A stretch of DNA of 64,000 nt, from positions 64,001-128,000 of the IMG/VR virus record IMGVR_UViG_3300047494_000112. One strand, given 5' to 3'. This DNA is from a virus. Below are positions 9,338 to 20,166 of this stretch, piece after piece (position 1 is the stretch's first letter; the number at the start of each line of letters is the position of its first letter). Made by a program: the position numbers and the translations under genes. Under the pieces are notes generated by a model. It saw only the letters and a list, made by a program, of their open reading frames with translations, was not told the DNA's origin and ran no database searches.

Positions 9338-10688
9338 GACCGGCCATTGCTACGGCGAACGGATGTAAGGTGCGTTCAATTTCAATTGTTCCGTAGTGAT
9401 GTCCTAAAACAGAAGGCAGCCTTCTGTAAGCCATTGGACTCTCGTCTAAATCACCACCATGTATTGTTACATTTCTTGCAGTCAACCACTTGTGCCACTC
9501 TTCATTTGAAAACCTTCGTTTGGCTTCTTTACGGCCAAACAAACGACCAGCACCATGAACAGTTGAATACAAACCTTTTGCTGCTCTATCATTTTCTACG
9601 CCATGAACAATCACAGCATCATCACCCATAGAGCCGCCAACAAAACCGCGTTGGTTGGGAAACGCTGGCGTTGCACCTTTACGCACTACCCACAACATTT
9701 TACCCTCGTGTTCTTCTTGCCAAGCGTAATTGTGGTGGTTCTCAACGTAGTCAAGTTCTTCACCACCAATGATTTGTTTTACTCTACTAAGCACCCAACG
9801 ACGGCCTTCTCTAGCGTAATCACCTGCAAGTGTCATTGCAGAAATGTAGCGTTGACCTAGTTCACTAGCGACATTAACTACAGTGGGAGTTTCCCAAATG
9901 CCATCTTTGCCACCAGCCGCTTTTAGATATTTGGTTGCAGAAGAGTGACCTAATCCACGTGATCCAAAATGAACTCCTATCCATATTCTACAGTCTTCAA
10001 TTGAGCCACCAAATTCAGGATCATCCAAAGGCGTCTTGTCAATCAGAAGATCTACGTAGTGATTACCTGACCCTACTGTACCTAACTGTGACATTGCTTT
10101 GCTTTTGTAATCCATCCTATCTGCTTGACGCCATCTCTCGGTGTCATCAAACAAGGCGCTTTCCACTGGCTCATGATTGGTTCTGCCAACACCGAATGAA
10201 ATATGTTGCGTAATTTTCTCAATCAGACCTGGAATGTCGTGCATAATATCACGATATTCGATATCAAGCTGAATTGCACCACAACCACATCCAATGTCAT
10301 AGCCTACACCAGATATGCTGATCTGATCTTCATATGCAATGACTCCGCCAACAGGTTGAGCATAGCCAAGATGGCCATCAGCGCATAGTACGCCACTGAC
10401 AACATTTCCAACCTTCATGCAGTTTTGCATTTGTAGTCTAGTATTTTCTTCGTGCTCGCCGTACACTAGCAATGGTGCGTTTTGATATTTTTCTTCTTGA
10501 GGTGGTGCCACAAATTTTTCTGCTTCATGCTGCTTGAACTCTTGACGAGCTGATTCCTGGTATAAGCACCAGCGCATCATGGTCCTGCCTTTGTCACCCA
10601 TTGGTACACGTTCATCTGGATCTAAACCATCAATTAGGCACAACTCTCTGGCACGAGTCTCGTATGGATTAGCTTGACGTTCGTTCAT
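9309..10688 (-). CDS. rtcB: RtcB RNA 2',3'-cyclic-phosphate/5'-OH ligase
   Basis: DGHLGYAQPVGGV, GYDIGCG, GTVGSGNHY, HFGSRGLGH, NHHNYAW, VRKGATPA, GSMG, STVHGAGR, DESPMAY. Confidence 0.96.
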   Translation of the reverse strand: MNERQANPYETRARELCLIDGLDPDERVPMGDKGRTMMRWCLYQESARQEFKQHEAEKFVAPPQEEKYQNAPLLVYGEHEENTRLQMQNCMKVGNVVSGVLCADGHLGYAQPVGGVIAYEDQISISGVGYDIGCGCGAIQLDIEYRDIMHDIPGLIEKITQHISFGVGRTNHEPVESALFDDTERWRQADRMDYKSKAMSQLGTVGSGNHYVDLLIDKTPLDDPEFGGSIEDCRIWIGVHFGSRGLGHSSATKYLKAAGGKDGIWETPTVVNVASELGQRYISAMTLAGDYAREGRRWVLSRVKQIIGGEELDYVENHHNYAWQEEHEGKMLWVVRKGATPAFPNQRGFVGGSMGDDAVIVHGVENDRAAKGLYSTVHGAGRLFGRKEAKRRFSNEEWHKWLTARNVTIHGGDLDESPMAYRRLPSVLGHHYGTIEIERTLHPFAVAMAGRGEFDPFKD

Positions 10689-11232
10689 TAGAAATTTATT
10701 CCTTCGCTGTTATCTATCATTCCAGATAAAACCTGAGCTTTATCTGTCCAGTGACTGAGAGCTGCTTCTTGATTTTCAATCACTTTATCTTGCTCTTTAA
10801 TTAAGAGCAAAAGCTCTTTTAGCAAAGGTAAACTCCAGGTTTGTTGTAACCCAGCTTCCATCTGCTTAATGTGATTTTTGGCATCCTTGATAATATCTTC
10901 TTTCGATCTATTTTCCATTTGTTCCTCTAAGCTTCGGTTCCAAGATAAAAATCTCTCTTTTCAAGAGCTGCAATTATTCTACGTGCTGTTGGTAGTCTAT
11001 ATTGCCATAGCTTGTAGGTCACACCTTCTGCTACTCGGTATATCTTTTCCTTAATTGTCATTTCTCTATCAGGATCGACGCCTTCCTCTTCACACATTGC
11101 TCTACACATTTCTTCAAGGTAGTAAATTTCTTTTTCAGCCTCAGTAATGGTCATGTCCTGTTGTGTATATTCAGGCAAATTTGAAGGCATAGCCATCTCC
11201 AATAAGATTTGAGTTGATACATTCAGCCACAA
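10688..11232 (-). other. two hypothetical ORFs (10688-10918, 10927-11232)
   Basis: ORF track; first genes of the leftward transcription unit. Confidence 0.55.
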
Positions 11233-11235
11233 TTA

Positions 11236-11266
11236 CTTTACCAGATTAAAGATCAACCTGGTAAAG
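11236..11266. promoter_or_regulatory. divergent pair of CTGGTAAAG motifs at the strand switch
   Basis: CTTTACCAG (11236-11244) and CTGGTAAAG (11258-11266); the same motif precedes several other genes. Confidence 0.6.
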
Positions 11267-11340
11267 TCAGTTTTGCACACCGTTTAAAACTGACTGTAGA
11301 AATCATAATTTGTAATACAAACTAGATCCGGATATATGCT

Positions 11341-12384
11341 TTGACTATTCAATTAGAACCAAAAAAATTTAGTCCTGCTTTTGATGACATTTGGGTTTCT
11401 CACCTAATCTATCAATTCAACAGCATTCAAGACATACGACAGCAAATTTCTTATCTAAAATATACGATACAAAGATGCAACTTTATTAGCAATCTACGAG
11501 CTAATACAGGATCCTTTGTCACCTGTACCTTTGCATGTTCTGATTTAGATTGGGTGCACAAATTTACAGATTCAAACAATCCTGCCTTAGTTTCGATACT
11601 AAAAAATGAACAGCTAGAAATTGCAAATATGCTGCGTATCTATTGCAAGGAAAAATTTGCTTTAATAGGTGAAAATGCAATTTCTGGTGTCAAAATTCAC
11701 CGGGAAAAGGGATCCAAACTGTTTATTGCTGAGGCAAGGAAATCAAATTTTACACAAGGCTATTCAGTAAAAAAGTTTCAAGATAGGTATAAATCCAAGC
11801 TTAATCACAATTTGATAAGCTGTGACCTAATTCGGCATTATCATGCAGTATTATCTGTATCTGACTACAAAATCATACAAAAACAGGCAAAGCAATGGCG
11901 GCATGATTTAAATATCACAATGACAAAGGCAAAAGGAACGGTCAAGTTTAAAGCTGAGATCCATAAACTCTCACAATATCTCGCCAAATGCAATATCGTT
12001 CCATCTTCGTCTGAGGTGCCTTTTAATCGATATAGATTTGATATTCCCTTGATTAATTCAAGATTGGTGCAAGCTAGGCTAAATTGGCATGATATCTACA
12101 CTCCTGTATCCACATTTACTGGTAGAGATTATGACGTAGATTCGGTAATTATTTACCTAAAATCTGTCATTCGAGAGCTAGAATTGCAGATAAAAAGGGA
12201 TGAATACATTGAAAAACATGCTAATCTAATTGATATACAGATTCTTGCACCTAAATTAAAACGTTCAATCTCATCAAAACCTACCAAGCCTGTACAAATA
12301 TACGAGCCTCAGAAATGGCGGTTGTTTTGTCCATATTTACGGCGAAAAATGGGTGTAGATCCACCTAAAAAGGCGGTGGCATGA
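11341..12384 (+). CDS. hypothetical basic protein (347 aa) next to tandem repeats
   Basis: ORF track; no motif recognised. Confidence 0.7.
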   Translation: MTIQLEPKKFSPAFDDIWVSHLIYQFNSIQDIRQQISYLKYTIQRCNFISNLRANTGSFVTCTFACSDLDWVHKFTDSNNPALVSILKNEQLEIANMLRIYCKEKFALIGENAISGVKIHREKGSKLFIAEARKSNFTQGYSVKKFQDRYKSKLNHNLISCDLIRHYHAVLSVSDYKIIQKQAKQWRHDLNITMTKAKGTVKFKAEIHKLSQYLAKCNIVPSSSEVPFNRYRFDIPLINSRLVQARLNWHDIYTPVSTFTGRDYDVDSVIIYLKSVIRELELQIKRDEYIEKHANLIDIQILAPKLKRSISSKPTKPVQIYEPQKWRLFCPYLRRKMGVDPPKKAVA

Positions 12385-12513
12385 CCCACTATCCGCAATC
12401 AAGCCAAATTCAGAAACCTAAAACGCCTCACAATTCTGCATTAGATACACAAGATACCAGTAATACGATTAGATACTGTAAATTTCACTCCCTACCATCT
12501 GCCTATTTACATA

Positions 12514-12700
12514 TAATAATGGTCCATATAGATATAAGCATGGAGATATAAGCATTAATAATGGTCTACTAATAATGGTCCATATAGATATAAGCATGGA
12601 GATATAAGCATTAATAATGGTCTACTAGTAATGGTCCATATAGATATAAGCATTAATCCATTAGTAATTAAAGCATTAATAATGATGTAGATATTAGCAT
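12514..12700. repeat. about 2.5 copies of a 56-bp AT-rich tandem repeat with internal sub-repeats
   Basis: Unit TAATAATGGTCCATATAGATATAAGCATGGAGATATAAGCATTAATAATGGTCTAC starts at 12514 and 12570, with a partial copy at 12626; degenerate AGCATTAAT copies continue to about 12700. Confidence 0.95.
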
Positions 12701-12769
12701 TAATGTAATAGAGACAGTAGTAATTGGAATCTGGTAAAGTCAGCATGTGGACAACTAGGCGAATATCAA

Positions 12770-12910
12770 ATGAACAATGAAGATGAAATACCAGAAAATG
12801 ATGAGAGTGATAATGAATTGTACGACGCTGATCCAGATTGTGACCACCAGATAATTGCCAAATGGTCTGGTGTTGAGTGTAGCAAATGTGGTGGCTGGTT
12901 CTGTTTCTAA
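12770..12910 (+). CDS. 46-aa acidic/Cys small protein
   Basis: Hand translation MNNEDEIPENDESDNELYDADPDCDHQIIAKWSGVECSKCGGWFCF*; lies about 27 nt after a CTGGTAAAGTCAG motif. Confidence 0.6.
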   Translation: MNNEDEIPENDESDNELYDADPDCDHQIIAKWSGVECSKCGGWFCF

Positions 12911-15097
12911 AGGAAAGAAAAATGAGTGATGACACTGACTGGTGTAAATCCATGCTTGAAAAAATGAGTGCAGCTCCCGTAGGACAAATGGACCCAGTAA
13001 TTGCCATACGTCTAAAAGCTTTAACTGCGCAGCAGAATATTACATCAGACCAAATTTTGGCAGTAATTGATGACTGTGTCTATGGCTCATTGTGTAGTGA
13101 TTTTTGTATTACTGTCATGAATATAATCTGGAAAGAAATGTGTAAAATTGAAGGTATTACTATCGAGGTAGCTTTAGCTTCACGCGACTACTCGCTTAGA
13201 TACAATGGAGAATAAAATGTACATGCTATTACCTGACGATTGGGCGATAAACTTTTTACCTTTGGTTGATCCTGCTCGTATTGATTTCCCAGAGACTCTG
13301 TATATCTACGAGATGACGGATAACGAACCCTACTTTTTATTGTGTGATTGGACTAGCTACCCCAATTTTTGTACCAAGAAAAAAGGCTAGGACAGTTGAT
13401 CTATCTTAGAGTGTTGGAATCCTTGAGGGAGATAGATGGCAATAATTTAGTAGGGTATTATGGTAGGTTTACTCGGAAACAGATACAACAAGCAGTGCTA
13501 AACCCAATGATAAAGTCAATGAACCGTCCCCGGTATGCTTTAGCAGGTTCAGAGATAGTTTTTATACCTGAGACTATAGATCTATCCTTAAATAAAAAGA
13601 GGTTTGTATGAAACGTGAATGGACAAAAGACAAAATTGAGTTGATTAAGGAACTAAATAGCTTTGGTCTTTTGAGACTGTCTACTCAAGTAGAAACAGTT
13701 TGGGGCTATAAAGTTGCCTGTTTAGTGTGTGGTGCTCAAGGCTTCAGCTATAAAGGTCCTGACGGCTTTCAATACCAGGAAGCTCATCACAAAGATGACT
13801 GCCTTGCTGACGAAATTGCTCACATTCACGAGATTGAAAAAGGTGAATAGAAAATGGCTATTTATAATCTACCTCTCGTTCATACCTGCTCATGGACAGG
13901 TATCAAGTCCTACAACTCTTGGGCGTTTGATATCTGGATAAGAATGTGGAATATTATAGGCAGCCCGATGAACAGCAAGGCAATTGCATTAATTAATGGA
14001 GATACGGTAGAGGTGCTTGATACTGCAATTACTCCTGAGTTTTCACAGTTTGACAAATGGAAAAAGTAAATGAGCTTGTATGAGAAAGACTTGGATGATC
14101 TATTAGTTACTCAGCTAATGAATAAGGAGTTAAACGCTGAAAATTTAAAGCTTCGTTCCCTGTTTCTAAAATTGGCTATAGAGCTTGAAGCTATAAACGA
14201 ATGGCCTAGCCGTAACCGAGTTAAAAACGTTTTGAGTATTGCTGATCGCATGAAGGCAATCGCAGCTAGTAAATCCAGTAAGATTGAAAGTGAATCAGAT
14301 GCTTGATAAATATTTATCAAGAGCAATTTTGATCTTAGGTCTAATTGCAGAAGGAATTTATTGCATTAGTCACGGCATGGTTCATACCGGACATATGATC
14401 CTATGGTTGACTGCTATTGTTGTAATTTTTGTTTTGTGAGGTTAGTATGGACCATGGCATTGGAGACGGTATTGGTGAATTAATCAAAGGCTTAATGATT
14501 CTGTGTGCTATCTTTATTCCTTTAGGACTGTGGAAACTGATAGATATATTAATCTGGGTTTGCCATCACATTAGCATAAATTTTGGAGTGCATTGAATGT
14601 CTAGAAATCCACACGTTGAAGGATATCAACCGTATAGAGATCCATATTTGGATACGGTTGATAGAATGGAACCAGATATATCTCACATTGATGCTAGTGC
14701 TGGTTGGGCTAGTGTTGCAATATCGTTGAAACGAATTGCTGACTCCTTGGAGTATCTGGTAAATAAAGCGAAAGAAAAATAAATGGTTTTAGGTGAAGAA
14801 AGGAAACTAAATACAGATTTTATTATCAAACTAAGGTCTGTATCTGAAGAGCGTGTTGTATTGGACATTGCTGGAATATTTAATGACGATAATGGAAATA
14901 TTGTTGACCTGAATTGGGATTTGCACTTGCTTTTTGAGTTTTATATCTATAAAGATGGCAGTAGTGAATGGACAAACGATCCAGAATTTACTGGCTTTAT
15001 GTTTAGAAATTTATCTGAGATTCAATCATTTAACGAAATGATATTAGATTTGTATGATATAGGCATGGAGCAATTTTCATTGAACAAGATAAGATGA
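12886..15097 (+). other. run of short, tightly packed hypothetical phage ORFs
   Basis: ORF track entries at 12886, 13205, 13369, 13608, 13854, 14070, 14597 and 14783, with overlapping or abutting start/stop codons. Confidence 0.65.
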
Positions 15098-15295
15098 TAA
15101 AGTTGGCAAAATATCAATGCTTAAACTGCAACGCAACCTGGGAATCAAAACCAGGGCCCATTACTCAAAAAGATGGTAGTGGTTGTCCAGCTTGTGGCCT
15201 TTTGTGGATAAAATGGCTAAACTATGAAACAGATTTTGTAAGGAAAGAAAAATGACAACTAAAAAAATTTTATTTCCAGTCGTGGGGTAATAGCA

Positions 15296-15976
15296 ATGGA
15301 CTATATCGGACCTTCTATTGGGCAAGATAAACCTACCAAGACAAATTATGTTGGAGTAAAGCCAAGAAAAGGTGATAGAGTATACGTTATAGCTGAGGAC
15401 TATGAAGGAATAATTCACCGCATAGTTCCTCGCACAATTTGGAAAAATGGGCACGAGATAAACTACAATCGATATGAAGTTATGCCCATGTTTTGGGTTA
15501 ATAAGACTACAAAAACGTTTAACAAGACGGAGCTTTACCGCACTCAATCTGCTTGGAAAGAACCTGAACCTGTGACTCTAATTCATCATCACATGCTATT
15601 ATCTGGCGTTGTTCAAAATGTTCCTAAAAATGATATAGATAGGATTCCACCTTTTGCAACCAAGGTTGTTGAAGACTGGCTTACCGAGTTGGTTAACAAG
15701 ATTAAAATGAAGATACTGATTCCAGCTAAAGCTGAGTATTGTTTTACAAAAGGCAATGAAGGCGTTACCGGAATTGTGTGCTTAGAAACTAGCCATGCTA
15801 GTGTGCATTTTTGGAATAGGGACAACTCATTTAAATTTGATCTATACTCTTGCGCCGAATTTAGTACTGATCAAGTCCTAAATCACTTTGAACCTTTTGG
15901 ATTGACCTATTACCAAATGCTGTTAGTTGATCGTGACAACTGTATAGTTTTGAATGAAAAAAGTTTAGGTAAGTAA
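15296..15976 (+). CDS. pyruvoyl-dependent AdoMet-decarboxylase-like proenzyme with N-terminal KOW-like extension
   Basis: GVTGIVCLETSHASVHFW...FDLYSC (self-cleavage at T-SH); N-terminus PRKGDRVYVI. Confidence 0.75.
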   Translation: MDYIGPSIGQDKPTKTNYVGVKPRKGDRVYVIAEDYEGIIHRIVPRTIWKNGHEINYNRYEVMPMFWVNKTTKTFNKTELYRTQSAWKEPEPVTLIHHHMLLSGVVQNVPKNDIDRIPPFATKVVEDWLTELVNKIKMKILIPAKAEYCFTKGNEGVTGIVCLETSHASVHFWNRDNSFKFDLYSCAEFSTDQVLNHFEPFGLTYYQMLLVDRDNCIVLNEKSLGK

Positions 15977-15999
15977 AGTTTTTAATACCACAAGTCTAA

Positions 16000-17052
16000 T
16001 TGATAATTGATAGTGCGAAGGCTTGGCGGCTTTCTAACCTTTTACCTATTCAATTACCTCAAGGGCTATCTCTCATGAATGTCTCCTTAATTAACACTGA
16101 AGACTCTCTAAAGCCACATATGCTTCATGTCATTTTACCTTACTCAAATGACGAGATGTGGAATAGTAGACCAAAAACTTTTTCAAAGACACTTCAGCAT
16201 GTAATTAATGCTGGTGCCTCAGTTACCGTTGTTGAGGCAGCGTTAGGTGGTCGTGCTTTTATTTGGGACAAGGTTCCAGGTATAAATCACGTTGCTGTAC
16301 GTCATAGCACTACTCTATGGACAAAAGAGAATCTAATCAATATTGGCATTCAGCGTTTACCTCATAGCTGGAAATATGTTTGCTGGATGGATGGTGATGT
16401 TATCTTTCGCAAACCCAGCTGGGTAATGGATACTCTTCATGCCTTACAGCGTTATCAGATAATCCAGCCGTGGTCAGACGCGTATGACTTGGGGCCACAT
16501 GATGAACACATGCAAGCGCATAAATCGTTTTGCTATCAATGGTGGCATAAACAACCCGTTTCTCCCAAAGGACCAAATTGGTGGAAATTTAGTGGTGGTC
16601 CATATGACTACCCACATTCTGGCTATTGCTGGGCAGCAGTTCGAGACTTTATCGAACGTGTTGGTGGGCTAATTGAAATCTGTATTTTGGGTGCTGCGGA
16701 TCATCACATGGCTCTGGGCCTTGTTGGCGAAATATTAATGTCAGTTCCTGGCTATATAAACGAAGCTTATTTAGATATCTTGCGTGTTTGGGAAGCTAGA
16801 GCTGTTGAGCATGGCAATTATAGCATTGGATACATTCAAGGTACAATTGAACATGCTTTTCATGGTCGAAAAGCTGATCGTAGATATGTTGACAGATGGA
16901 AGATAATTACCGAAAGTAATTTTGATCCTAGATATGATATAAAGAAAAATGTCTATGGAGTATACGAGTTGGCTGGGAATAAACCAAAGCTGACTCTTGA
17001 TCTGCTTCACTACATGATGCAAAGAAACGAAGACGCAAACACACTTGCATAA
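16000..17052 (+). CDS. GT-A-fold glycosyltransferase-like protein
   Basis: WTKENLINIG...YVCWMDGDVIF (DxD), WSDAYDL, GAADHHMA, EHAFHG. Confidence 0.65.
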   Translation: MIIDSAKAWRLSNLLPIQLPQGLSLMNVSLINTEDSLKPHMLHVILPYSNDEMWNSRPKTFSKTLQHVINAGASVTVVEAALGGRAFIWDKVPGINHVAVRHSTTLWTKENLINIGIQRLPHSWKYVCWMDGDVIFRKPSWVMDTLHALQRYQIIQPWSDAYDLGPHDEHMQAHKSFCYQWWHKQPVSPKGPNWWKFSGGPYDYPHSGYCWAAVRDFIERVGGLIEICILGAADHHMALGLVGEILMSVPGYINEAYLDILRVWEARAVEHGNYSIGYIQGTIEHAFHGRKADRRYVDRWKIITESNFDPRYDIKKNVYGVYELAGNKPKLTLDLLHYMMQRNEDANTLA

Positions 17053-17459
17053 GGAAAATTATGGCATGGTTTTGATCTATTCTAGAGAGTTGATAAAAAC
17101 CCCTCTACCTTGGGTCAAAACCATGCTTCAATGCTCAGAATGCTCTAGTTGGTTTGTGTCGGATAAAGCTGGTAAATGCGGAGAGTGTATCAAGCCTGTA
17201 ATTGTAAAGGTTGTAGAACAAGCAATTTCAAAGGTGAAGAAGAAAAAGAAACTAAAGAAAAAGAAGATAAAAAATGGCAAATCCAAAAAATGATAAAACC
17301 GAATTGGAACTCTTGATAGAGAACCTTTTAGATATTCACGATAAAATTATTCAAGGCAAAGCCGTTTATTGCCCAATTACAGTAGGTAGAGTAATCAGGA
17401 TTTTGAAAACTTTACCTATTGACCAAAAATTCCCAGAAACTAAAGCTTAGGGGTGGTTT

Positions 17460-18427
17460 ATGCCGTATTCATTGTTTAGAGAAAGTGACGGTGCTGGTGA
17501 CAGCGGCCAAATGTCTTGTGCTCTATATCCAATATATGATGAAAAGGATTCTGATATAATTGTAGATGTTAAATACGTCCACAACTCTCCTCCTGTAGTA
17601 GGAGCTTCTTTACGTGTAGGTAGTCCCTATGGTAGAACAATGCAGGCTCAGGATTATTGGACCACGACAATGGTGGCTGAAATATTAGATCAATGGGTAG
17701 AGGAACCTGAGGACAAAAACCGTAGAAAAGAATGTGTTCGGTTCAAGACGATAAATGGTTCAACCTATGTTTGGAAGTCATTTTGATGAAACAATACCTA
17801 AAAGTCAAGATTAAATCTTTAGCTCAAGAATCAAGAATAATCAAGCAGGAATTTTTTAAAGCTAAACGTAGCTTAAAGTGGCACCGTGATGGTGTGGATG
17901 AGCTCTATATCGTACGTAAAGCCTATCCACTTAGACCAGAAGAAGCCGCAGAATTAAAATACAACGAAGAGAAACAGGCCGAATTTGCTGAGCTAATGAG
18001 TGGTTTGCAGAGTCATAGGGTGAGTGTTGTTCAGCTAGAATCTCGTTGTTCTCAGTTGGCTTATGCTTACATGCGTGGTGTACCGTATTCCGTTGTAGAG
18101 CAAAATGTCAGAGAGCAAAATAAAATTAAAGCTTTTAGGCTAGAAAAGGTCGCTGAAATTCTACTTCGGTTTGATCCTGACTTGCGTAAGAGACTAAGCA
18201 ACTCTCGCAGTATGAAAAAAGATGCAATGGAGTTAATCAAGGCTTGGATTGAATTGCCTACGGTTGAAGCTTCAGCTGTAGAAACGCAAGACTCTCCGTT
18301 TACAAAAGAGTTTTTCGCTACACTAAAGCCTGTCTCGGAAGCCAGTGAAGCGTTAATGGCTGACCAACATTTTACCGCATCCAAATCAATTTGGCAACGC
18401 TTTGCGTCAATCTGGAGTTCAAACTAA
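17460..18427 (+). other. two hypothetical ORFs (17460-17786, 17732-18427)
   Basis: ORF track. Confidence 0.6.
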
Positions 18428-18987
18428 TGCAGGATCTATATAACGAAGAATACTACAAAAATAATCTAGGTCCTATTCCATGTACCTGGGATGATCCAAC
18501 TTGGCGAAATCACGTAGGCAATATTGCAAAAGAGTTTGTACAACTCTATAATCCAAAAACGTTTATAGACGCAGGCTGCGGTATTGGCTTGCTAGTTGAT
18601 GAAATGGAAAAACGTGGCGTTGAGTCTTACGGTTTTGATATTTCAGAATACGGTGTTAGCGTTGCCCAAGAAAACGGTTTAAACTGTGTAACTGCTACTT
18701 TGCCACATGTTCCTAAAGACTGGCAGGCAGATTTAGTTTCCTGCATTGAAGTCTTAGAGCATCTGAATCAGGAACAAGCTGAAGCCTCAGTTGCAAGCAT
18801 TTGTGGCATGGCAAAGGAATATATCGTATTTTCATCCACTCCTGATGATACAACCGAAGCCTCGCATCACTGTGTTAAACCGGAGGAGTTTTGGACAAAA
18901 CTGTTTGAACAGCAAAAGTTTTTAAAGATTGACACGGCAAAATACATTGCTCCTCATGCAATAGTGTTTCAACGCAAACCTTGGTGA
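18427..18987 (+). CDS. class I SAM-dependent methyltransferase
   Basis: FIDAGCGIG motif I, YGFDISEY, SCIEVLEHL; ATG at 18427 overlaps the upstream stop. Confidence 0.9.
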   Translation: MQDLYNEEYYKNNLGPIPCTWDDPTWRNHVGNIAKEFVQLYNPKTFIDAGCGIGLLVDEMEKRGVESYGFDISEYGVSVAQENGLNCVTATLPHVPKDWQADLVSCIEVLEHLNQEQAEASVASICGMAKEYIVFSSTPDDTTEASHHCVKPEEFWTKLFEQQKFLKIDTAKYIAPHAIVFQRKPW

Positions 18988-18994
18988 GATAAAA

Positions 18995-19777
18995 ATGTCG
19001 GAGATTAAAGCAGTATTAATGCCAAATGAGAAAGAGGAGAAAATTGTAAAACAAGGTATTGGCTTTGGCAATAGATACGGCACTCTAAATCCACTTGTAC
19101 TAATAGCTAGAAAAATTGCTAGTAAGTGGGGTAATGACAAAAATCCTGAATACGATTATTTTATCACTAGATGGATTAGCTTTGGATCTAGCAGTTCCCA
19201 TATAATGGGGCTGCCAATATACAGTAAAAAGTTGAAAGAAAAATTACCGTGGTTATACTGGCTCTACTTTAAAGTTCTAACTCCTATTCATGATTGGAAA
19301 TTACGCCAACACTATAGATTTTTTGTAAGGCACCACAAGTTAACCATTTTAAACATTGAGCCCTCAACCTATACAGATCCTGATGAGCGTGTTTTTCATG
19401 CAGTATTTTCTATACTTGGAAACATGATTGAAGACGAGCTTGGTCCATTTAAGCTAAACCATCCTAACTATCACATTGATTCTCATTATCGAGGCTATAA
19501 TATGAGACATGGTGGTGATGAAACCTTTATTGACATGTGGCTGTGGTACAAGTTTGACCTGCCAAGAGAAATTGCCGCCTATGAAAATTGGCAAGATAGA
19601 AGAAATGAAAAATTTGCCATGATTGAAAAGACAGATGAAAAGGGATCAAAATACGTTACCTTTACTTCGCCTATTCCTCAACCGGATGATGATAAATATA
19701 GCTACAACTACATTGAAGATTTGAAGCAAAAGAAACTAGTTGAGTTAATTGAAATGCGCCAAGGAATGTGGACGTGA
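18995..19777 (+). CDS. hypothetical protein
   Basis: ORF track, 260 aa. Confidence 0.6.
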   Translation: MSEIKAVLMPNEKEEKIVKQGIGFGNRYGTLNPLVLIARKIASKWGNDKNPEYDYFITRWISFGSSSSHIMGLPIYSKKLKEKLPWLYWLYFKVLTPIHDWKLRQHYRFFVRHHKLTILNIEPSTYTDPDERVFHAVFSILGNMIEDELGPFKLNHPNYHIDSHYRGYNMRHGGDETFIDMWLWYKFDLPREIAAYENWQDRRNEKFAMIEKTDEKGSKYVTFTSPIPQPDDDKYSYNYIEDLKQKKLVELIEMRQGMWT

Positions 19778-20166
19778 GCTCGCCTTATACACATTTTATC
19801 AAGGACAAAAACTATGTTTATGCAGGTAAGCACCTGCTAATAGATTTGATAGGCTGCAAGTTAAACCTGTGCTCAGTTGAAGCGACAAAGAAAATTTTGA
19901 CTAGAGCCATTGAAATGACTGGAGCTTCGATTGTAAAAGAAGTGTTTCATTCTTTTGGAGAGAATAGCGGTGTCACGGGATTGATTCTGTTATCAGAAAG
20001 CCATGCAGCTTCACACTCTTGGCCTGAATTAGGTTTATTGGTTATTGATATTTTTACATGCGGTGAACACACCGAACCTAGCAATTGTTTGCAATTTTTA
20101 AAAGATTCATTTCAAGCTGAACAGATTTTTGTTCAGGAAATTAAAAGAGCGCTAACCGTAATATGA
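19768..20166 (+). CDS. speD: S-adenosylmethionine decarboxylase proenzyme (class 1b)
   Basis: GKHLLIDLIGC, GVTGLILLSESHAASHSWPE (E-SH cleavage site), IDIFTCG. Confidence 0.9.
   Translation: MDVSSPYTHFIKDKNYVYAGKHLLIDLIGCKLNLCSVEATKKILTRAIEMTGASIVKEVFHSFGENSGVTGLILLSESHAASHSWPELGLLVIDIFTCGEHTEPSNCLQFLKDSFQAEQIFVQEIKRALTVI

Noticed and set aside
12514-12700. CRISPR array
   Set aside because: Units are head-to-tail with no unique spacers; no cas operon (the Cas4-like gene is a stand-alone phage nuclease).
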